In this document: positions 57,400-64,000 of the stretch, in pieces | Position numbering within the stretch: the first letter of the stretch is position 1 | Layout of the letters: each line of letters starts with the position of its first letter | NCBI GenBank assembly: GCA_012295275.1 | Contig: CM022671.1 | Location: 35,650,001 to 35,714,000 of the forward strand | DNA length: 64,000 bases | Source of the DNA: Chrysomallon squamiferum | Lineage: Eukaryota > Animalia > Mollusca | Direction of reading: 5' to 3' | Notes under the pieces: model-generated | Seen by the model: only the letters and a program-made list of their open reading frames with translations | The model's database searches: none | Told to the model about the DNA's origin: nothing | Program-made: the position numbers and the translations under genes

Positions 57400-60300
57400 G
57401 TAATAATAATAACAATAAGACTAATAATAACAATATAAAACTAATAACTGTAATAAAAATGATAGTAATGTGCGTGAAATATAAAAGAAAAAACCAGCGT
57501 CACTATTTTTGATTTCTAATGATGATGATAGCAAAACTAAAAATAAATTTCCTGACATAAAGAAAACTATCATGTCATACTTCAGAAGAAATAAAGACAT
57601 AAAATGTCTCGTTTTTCAAAACCTGACGTCACAGATCAGCTAGCGTTACTGGTAAACACTTTGATGTCAGTGGTTTGATCCACCAAACTGTAAAATAAAA
57701 CTGTACACATGATTTTTGATATAACTGCAAACTAAGAACACACTTTGAGGTTACGTTTGTGTTGTCTACCTGTAAATTAAAACCTGTCACTGATATAATT
57801 ATTATTTTTTATTAGACTTTTTTTTATTTATCAGTTACATTTTTGCATTGCTTTTAATACTGTTGATATATTTTTTTTAAATTTAAGGATTTGTGATTTA
57901 TTGACTTTAAAGTTTTTCATAATACCACTGGTACTATATGCGTAATGTAAAAAGTATAAATTTTATTATATTTGTAATATGATAAAATTTAGTCTGTATA
58001 TAATATAATTTATGGTAAAAATATCCATTACATGAAGAATCATCTATAACTGCATGCATTGACTGAGAAAAAAACCAGCTGAAAAATAAATTATAAAATA
58101 ATATAAAATGATTTATATGTTCAAATGTGCTTAAGAAAATGCTGAATTGACACAATTGAAAACTGAAAAGCCAGGAAAACCCCAAAAGAAACAAAAAGAA
58201 CAAACAGCTAAAACTGATACTAAAGTATCAGTTGGCTGAAATACACCAGTCATTTAGTCAGTGGAACAGAATATGTTTAAGTTACATTTAACACACAAAA
58301 AAAGAGGATTCATTACAATTTTTTATTAGAGTGGAAAAAAAAAGTCAAATTTTCCTTACTCATGGTAAATTTTCCACTAGTCTGAATTCTAAGGTGACGT
58401 TTGTGCTAGGTGTATGACTAGTTAGTTGAGAGAAAGATGGGGGGGAGGGGCCAAGCTTTAATTAGACTTACACTCCTTAGCTTACTGTAAAAAAAGTCAA
58501 TATTGTTTAAATAAAACGTTTTTATTACAATTTCAAAACACCAGAATTGTTGGCCATGCTTTTCTGATTTTGCAAAAAACAAATATGACTGTTATAAAAA
58601 TATATTTTTATAAATCTTATTTTGTTTTGCAGTGGTTTACTGACTATGACTTTTATGCACAGGTGACAATATGTTGACAGTTACAGCGAATTTTAAAAAT
58701 AATTTTACTGTTTGTTGTTTGTTGTTTGTTACTATGATTATTATTTAAAATATTTTTTAACAGACAGTTTATACAACAAATGAAAAAAAAAAAATTTCAA
58801 TATATAAATGTGTGTTTGAGAGAGTGTCTATATGTGTGTGTATGTGAGTGAGTGTCTGTATGTATCTGTATGTGTGAGAGTGTCTGTGTGTGTATCTATG
58901 TTTGTTTTTGTTTAAATAAATAATAAAAGGCAAAAACAGTATACTACTATCAGAGCTAAGTAAAAAAGAGAGATGACATTTTAAGATTGCTATTTCTTCA
59001 ACACCTCCTAACACAAGTAGATTATGCCTTATCTCAGAGCTAAAAATCAGAAGAAAATTCATCATTTTTATTTTGTTTCAAAAATGCTTCTTTAACCCTG
59101 CTGCATTTACATTTCATTTTTATTTAATAATTTAATATTGTTTTATTTTCTTGTTTGTTTGTTTACATATATATGTTTTTACTATTTTCAGTTGTTCAAT
59201 TAAAAATAATTTGTTACTGTTAAAGCATACTACTAATTGATATTGTTCATAAAATCGGAATACTAAACAATGTACGTTAGACACTGTATTTTCAAATAAG
59301 ATGGAGTTGATTTAAATGAAGCAGCTTTGATTATTATAAAACAATTATCAATGATCCCAAGTTTTTATAAGAATTATCTCCCTTAGTTAAATAAACATTT
59401 TTATTTATTTTTTTCTTTTTCTTTTTTGAAGTTGGATAAATAGAAGTTTACAACTGGCAGTTGTATCAAATTAGTATATAAATGAACTTTTTTTTTTTTT
59501 TTTTTTTTTTAAACAATAATGTGCTTCTCCACTGCCTTTCCATCTTTTTTTTTATAATTTTTTTTTTTTAAATGATAAATAAAAAGTAAGTAAATAAATA
59601 AATAAATAAATAAATAATAATAGAACCACAACATGAAAATATGCTGTATACCAAAACGCCCAAACCAAACTATAATGATAAAAGCTTTTTTTTTATAAAC
59701 TATAAAACAGTATTTGTTCATGAATTAATTAAATATGATTCTAGTTGTCACATGGTGAAGTGATAACAGTTTTGTTATCTTTATACAGTACTCCTACATC
59801 TGATGATTTAAACATTATGAGTGTTGCCATGTCAAAAACATTTATGTTTACAACTGATCTTGATAGTTAAGATTATAATAGTAAAGTTGTATATGAACAG
59901 GTATCATGTTAATGCTACCGATGATGTGAGATAAAATATTTGATGCAAGTCCATATTTTGTGACAACTTACTTATTTAATAACTGTATAATGATTTTCTG
60001 CATGTTACAAAATAATAAAAATGGTTTCTGTCTACTTTAAAAATATTTTTAATGCTGTTTTTCTCAAATTTTGTTTTCTTTTTAAATATCACTGATCATT
60101 TTTGTTTAAAATGTTTCCCAGGTGAAAAACCCAAATCGAAGACAGCCCAGTGGGTACATTGTGTTTGCTGGAGAGTGCAGGAAAACAATAGCAAAAGAAA
60201 ATCCTGAGGCAACATTCGGAGACATCAGTCGTCTTGTGGGCACCAAGGTTAGTTGTTAGAAGATGAACTGGTCTGTGTGACAGACAGTTTGTCTGAAGAG

Positions 60301-63178
60301 TGAAGGGAAACAGGGTCTGTTCTTACAGACGGTTCCATTGAGTTAACTATCAATTATCAGTGTATTAAAAGGTATATGAAACACAGAGGGAGCAGGTATG
60401 ATTTGGAGGGGTTCTTCTGTCTGTCAGTTTAAATTGTATTGTGGCATTGTTCTAAAATGTACTTACAGATCTTCAAGCACACAAATGAAATAAAAAGTTT
60501 CCAGTGCGATTTTTTTCCTTTTTCCTGATTAGAAGGGTTTAGTTAAAAGTCTTGACATTGTTGTTTGTAGGAAATAACAATAAATTTTGTATAAGAAGAA
60601 TTTCTTTTTTTTCTTTTCCTTTCTTTTTTCAAAGATGCATTACATACTTTGTGAGACATCCTCAGTGTCTGTAGCAGAACATACCAAAATTTGTCTTAAA
60701 GAGAAAATATGTGTAAACTTTGGACAATGAAATGTTTAATTTAAAAACATATTTGCTAATTTTCAACACAGTGGCGGGCACTTCTAGATGAGGAGAAGAA
60801 AATCTTTGAGGAGAGAGCTAAGAAGATTTCGGAGGAGATGCAGGCGAAGCAGCAGGAGGCAGACAGGGCATTCAACGAGTCGCTCACTCGATCTCAGAGT
60901 CCCTGGGAGGCGGGTCGCATGTCTCCAGGTTTGTTTTCAACCACAACTACTCCATCATTTCCTAGTGGTACACTCCTCATCTTTTTTTTCATTTTTAAAT
61001 TTTTTAAATTTTAATGACTTTATAAACAAGAAGTGAGTTGTTAAATATCTGAGTGAGTGAGTGTGTGTTGAGTGTCTGAATAAATGAGAAAAATGTTTGG
61101 ATGTTCATAGGCTGTGTCTGCTGAATAATTTGAATTACTGTTTTTGTAAGTAATATGTTTTTTCGGGTGCATTTGTTGTTAAAGATTTAAAAGAAAAAAA
61201 AAGAAAAATATTTTAGATTTTGGGTACATCTTTTTAGAAATTTATTTTATATTCTTTTTCCATTTTATTTATTTTCAAAATTTTTAATACCTCTTTTTTT
61301 TTTCACTAACATTTTTTTCATGGTTTATAAAAAGTGGTTAAATATTTCATTATCAGTGAATCTTTACAACTTTTTATTAGGTTGAAATTCAAAGCCTTCT
61401 GATTGTTTCTGGAAGATAAGTCTTTGAAGTAATAAAATATCCTTACATTTCTTTCTGAAAAAGATCTCAAGTAAATTTGACAGTTAGATAAAATATCTAC
61501 ATTAATCATCTCTGCCCAGTCTTAAAATCAACAAGTCTCAGTGATTATGTTACATTTACATAAAAACATTTCAACTTGCAATTAAATTATCTCCCCTTGT
61601 CTGTTCGGTGCATGTGACGATAAAATGGAAGTGTGGCCTATGAATTTTCTTAGATTAACTATTTATTTATTTATTTATTTATTTATTTTATAATTTAAAA
61701 ACACAACAAAAAAACTAACAACAGTAAAAAGCCCACATGAACCCTTAACGTTACAGAACGTGACAGTTTAGAAAAGAGAATTCTCCGAGGTGTAATTAAG
61801 TCTTGTTTGTGAAGTATTTAATATCAACATTGAAAATCACGTCTTAGATATTTAATGATGCATTTCCTGACTAAAGGATTTTGTTGGAATCGCAAACAAC
61901 TTGCAAAAATGGTCTTCCCTTCTGTAAACCATATGCAGAGGCCAAGGTTAAATTCACTTTGGTGTCAAGTTCATGATCTTTCCTCTTGTATGATATCAGA
62001 TATCTGGCTTTGATTAGAAGTCTATCTCTTGACAGCAGTGACTTGGCAGAAATCTGTTATTGACCCACAGCAAGAGATATCACAACTATGATAGGTCATT
62101 TTGTTATTTATACAACAACACGCACTCATTGTTCAGAACAAGAGACATTACAGTTTAAATTTGATATTGATTACAAACTGTAGTAAAAATGTTGAGTAAA
62201 ATTGAAATACAGTAAATATTGGTTATTTATTTATATCTTTTTTTTTTTTTAATAAAATTCTTTTAAAAAGACCTTAAATATAATAAAAATTGAATATAAT
62301 AAAGTGTATCTGACATAAAATAAGTAAAAAAAAAATCCCATAAAACAAAGTAAAATAAAATAACATCTATATAAAATAAAATAAAAATATATATTTATTT
62401 AAAAATAATACAATAAAAATAATAATAAAATAAAGTATATTAAATACTTAATATCAAAAATATTTAAAATGAAGTAAAATTAAAATTTTAAAAATTGAAA
62501 ATTAACAAAGTAAAATAAAATAAAATAAAATGAAATAATGAAATGAAATAAAGTATAGGTAAAAAGAAAAGTTTTTGCACATTGACGAACGCATGATGTA
62601 GTATTAGCTTTGCCTGTCAGATGTTTTGTGATATTGCACACAGCTGACAGTTGTGAGCATGCTCAGTTGCTGCATGTGCACTGTAGCTGCATTGAGCAAC
62701 ATTGTTGTTGTGTTTGTGTTGTGTTTGTCTCTCTTTTCAACTAAAAATCACTCGTTATATGTTTCTTCTTCAGATGGTCCTGTAAAGAGGAAATTAAAAT
62801 TATTATTTTAACATTTTAAAAAAAATTTAGCACGTGGATTAATTTGAAAAAATATTGTTGGTTCAACATTTAACAATTAACACTTTCAGAAATTGCAAAA
62901 TTAGTTGCAGATTGCATTTAATAGTTTCACAAGTAATAGAGATCAGTTCCAGAATTTTCTGTTATGTATTTTTACTGTTATCTAAATTTATTGTTATCAT
63001 ATACACTTGACTATTTATTTTCACTCAATCACATTAGCTAGCACTTAATACTAATAGAAATAATACCTTTTTAAAAGGTAATATAATTTTTAATATACAT
63101 ATAAAAATGTCATTTATAATAATAATAAGAAGAAGAAGCAGAAATTTTTTAATAATAACAAAGATGATAATGATATAA

Positions 63179-63213
<35 letters not shown>

Positions 63214-64000
63214 AAAAATAAATATTCCCATGAGTGTTACAGGATGTATTTAAAAAATAAATGAATTGTATAAAGACATGATAAGTTTTAGTAAAGAAAT
63301 CTTTGTATAAACAAAAAGAGAAAGTAAACATGACTATTATTCATTTCTAAACTGTCTGTAAACTTACTGTTTTCCCTCTAAAGATATTTTTGATCACTTT
63401 TAAAACAAAATCATCCATATAAATGATTTGTCATTAGTGTTCAGATTAATTGTGTCCATCATAGTATGTTAGGGGTTTATGTTTCAGGATCATAATTTGG
63501 AACTAGATATCAGTGTTTGAGAACAATGAATGACAGGACTGCAAAATAGGACTGTAAGTTACAGGACAGGGACTTTGGGGGATATATTTGAGGAACCAAC
63601 AGTTAGAGGTAGGGGACTATTACAGAGGACTTAATGCTGGGTGACTGTTAGAATACTGTATAGAGGACTATGTCAGAGGACTTAATGCTGGGTGACTGTT
63701 AGAATACTGTACAGAGGACTTAATGCTGGGTGACTGTTGAATACTGTACAGAGGACTTAATGCTGGGTGACTGTTGAATACTGTACAGAGGATTTAATAC
63801 TGGGTGACTGTTGAATACTGTACAGAGGACTTAATGCTGGGTGACTGTTAGAATACTGTACAGAGGACCACTGATAAATAAGTGTTATATAAAGAGGACT
63901 AGTAAATGTTTCTAGGGCTAACAAATCAACACTTTATTTGGTCTGTCAGGTTCCCAGGGTCACTATGGTGGATACACAGGATACACCGGTCAGCAGGCAG
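38410..64000 (+). CDS. PBRM1: Protein polybromo-1 (BAF180): 6 bromodomains, 2 BAH, HMG box; 3'-truncated by window end
   Basis: Phase-consistent exons: 38410-38517, 38918-39015, 39113-39260, 39584-39790, 40106-40258, 40764-40931, 41154-41245, 41704-41949, 42470-42539, 42877-42975, 43129-43194, 43514-43564, 45023-45169, 46355-46489, 46694-46866, 47333-47462, 47715-47885, 48168-48305, 48694-48785, 48971-49013, 49254-49340, 49615-49836, 50046-50125, 50407-50545, 50953-51054, 51441-51515, 51889-52044, 52684-52765, 53055-53130, 53683-53855, 54278-54375, 54749-54820, 56642-56797, 60122-60247, 60772-60928, 63950->64000. Motifs YPDYYEIIKRPMD..NACKYNEPDSLIYKD, WFYRPNETYHLATRKFLEKEVFKS, PTRLFYKREVFLS and PSGYIVFA..TFGDISRLVGTKW. 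Confidence 0.97.
45146..45876 (+). repeat. ~62-bp minisatellite (~12 copies) derived from a PBRM1 exon 3' end plus its donor site
   Basis: Units tacaaatctgtctatgaatacaca|gtatgtataaacttttagtgttaaataatagatgtttt start at 45146, 45208, 45266, 45328, 45390, 45452, 45512, 45574, 45632, 45694, 45752, ~45808 (partial) and 45861 (partial). The first unit overlaps the coding exon end at 45169. Confidence 0.93.
48441..48617. repeat. Compound pentanucleotide microsatellite (TTTTG)n-(TCTTG)n-(TTTTG)n
   Basis: Directly visible; preceded by a duplicated tataggcagtg.tctgtagatagatttctcattg block. Confidence 0.93.
57336..57412. repeat. (AAT)n microsatellite
   Basis: Long AAT run in a PBRM1 intron; similar runs at ~5630-5800, 11953-12008 and 16105-16147. 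Confidence 0.9.
63621..63868. repeat. 37-38-bp minisatellite, ~6 copies
   Basis: Unit tacagaggacttaatgctgggtgactgtt(a)gaatactg repeated in tandem just upstream of PBRM1 exon 63950. Confidence 0.92.

Noticed and set aside
59789-59900. Possible poison exon in a PBRM1 intron
   Set aside because: AG and GT boundaries exist, but such pairs are common by chance in AT-rich introns and there is no other support.
63621-63868. 37-38-bp repeats of CRISPR-repeat-like length
   Set aside because: Contiguous tandem units with no spacers; an ordinary minisatellite.

Overview
AT-rich, intron-dense animal genomic DNA, most likely a lophotrochozoan (gastropod-like mollusc; the taxon is an inference). Exons were joined by hand from GT-AG signals and reading-frame phase, giving five genes. 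(1) The 3' part of an adhesion GPCR (Ig-like, SEA-like, HRM, GAIN/GPS, 7TM; + strand, ends 8652). (2) A small minus-strand gene (14026->11190), only partly visible in the ORF track, encoding a ~100-aa secreted protein that looks like a stand-alone bacterial-type SH3 (SH3b) domain. (3) A complete GMPPB (360 aa). (4) A nucleostemin/GNL3-like GTPase on the minus strand with an apparent 1-nt frameshift near its C-terminus. (5) PBRM1/polybromo-1, head-to-head with GNL3 as in human, running off the window end. Also present: a deleted Tigger/pogo transposon, Penelope-like and L2/CR1 retroelement relics, a hAT-like MITE and several minisatellites, one built from tandem copies of a PBRM1 exon-intron junction. 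No prokaryotic system, CRISPR array, rRNA or tRNA gene was seen. The best leads are the SH3b-only secreted protein, the GNL3-PBRM1(-GMPPB) microsynteny and the recurrent duplication of 5' splice junctions.
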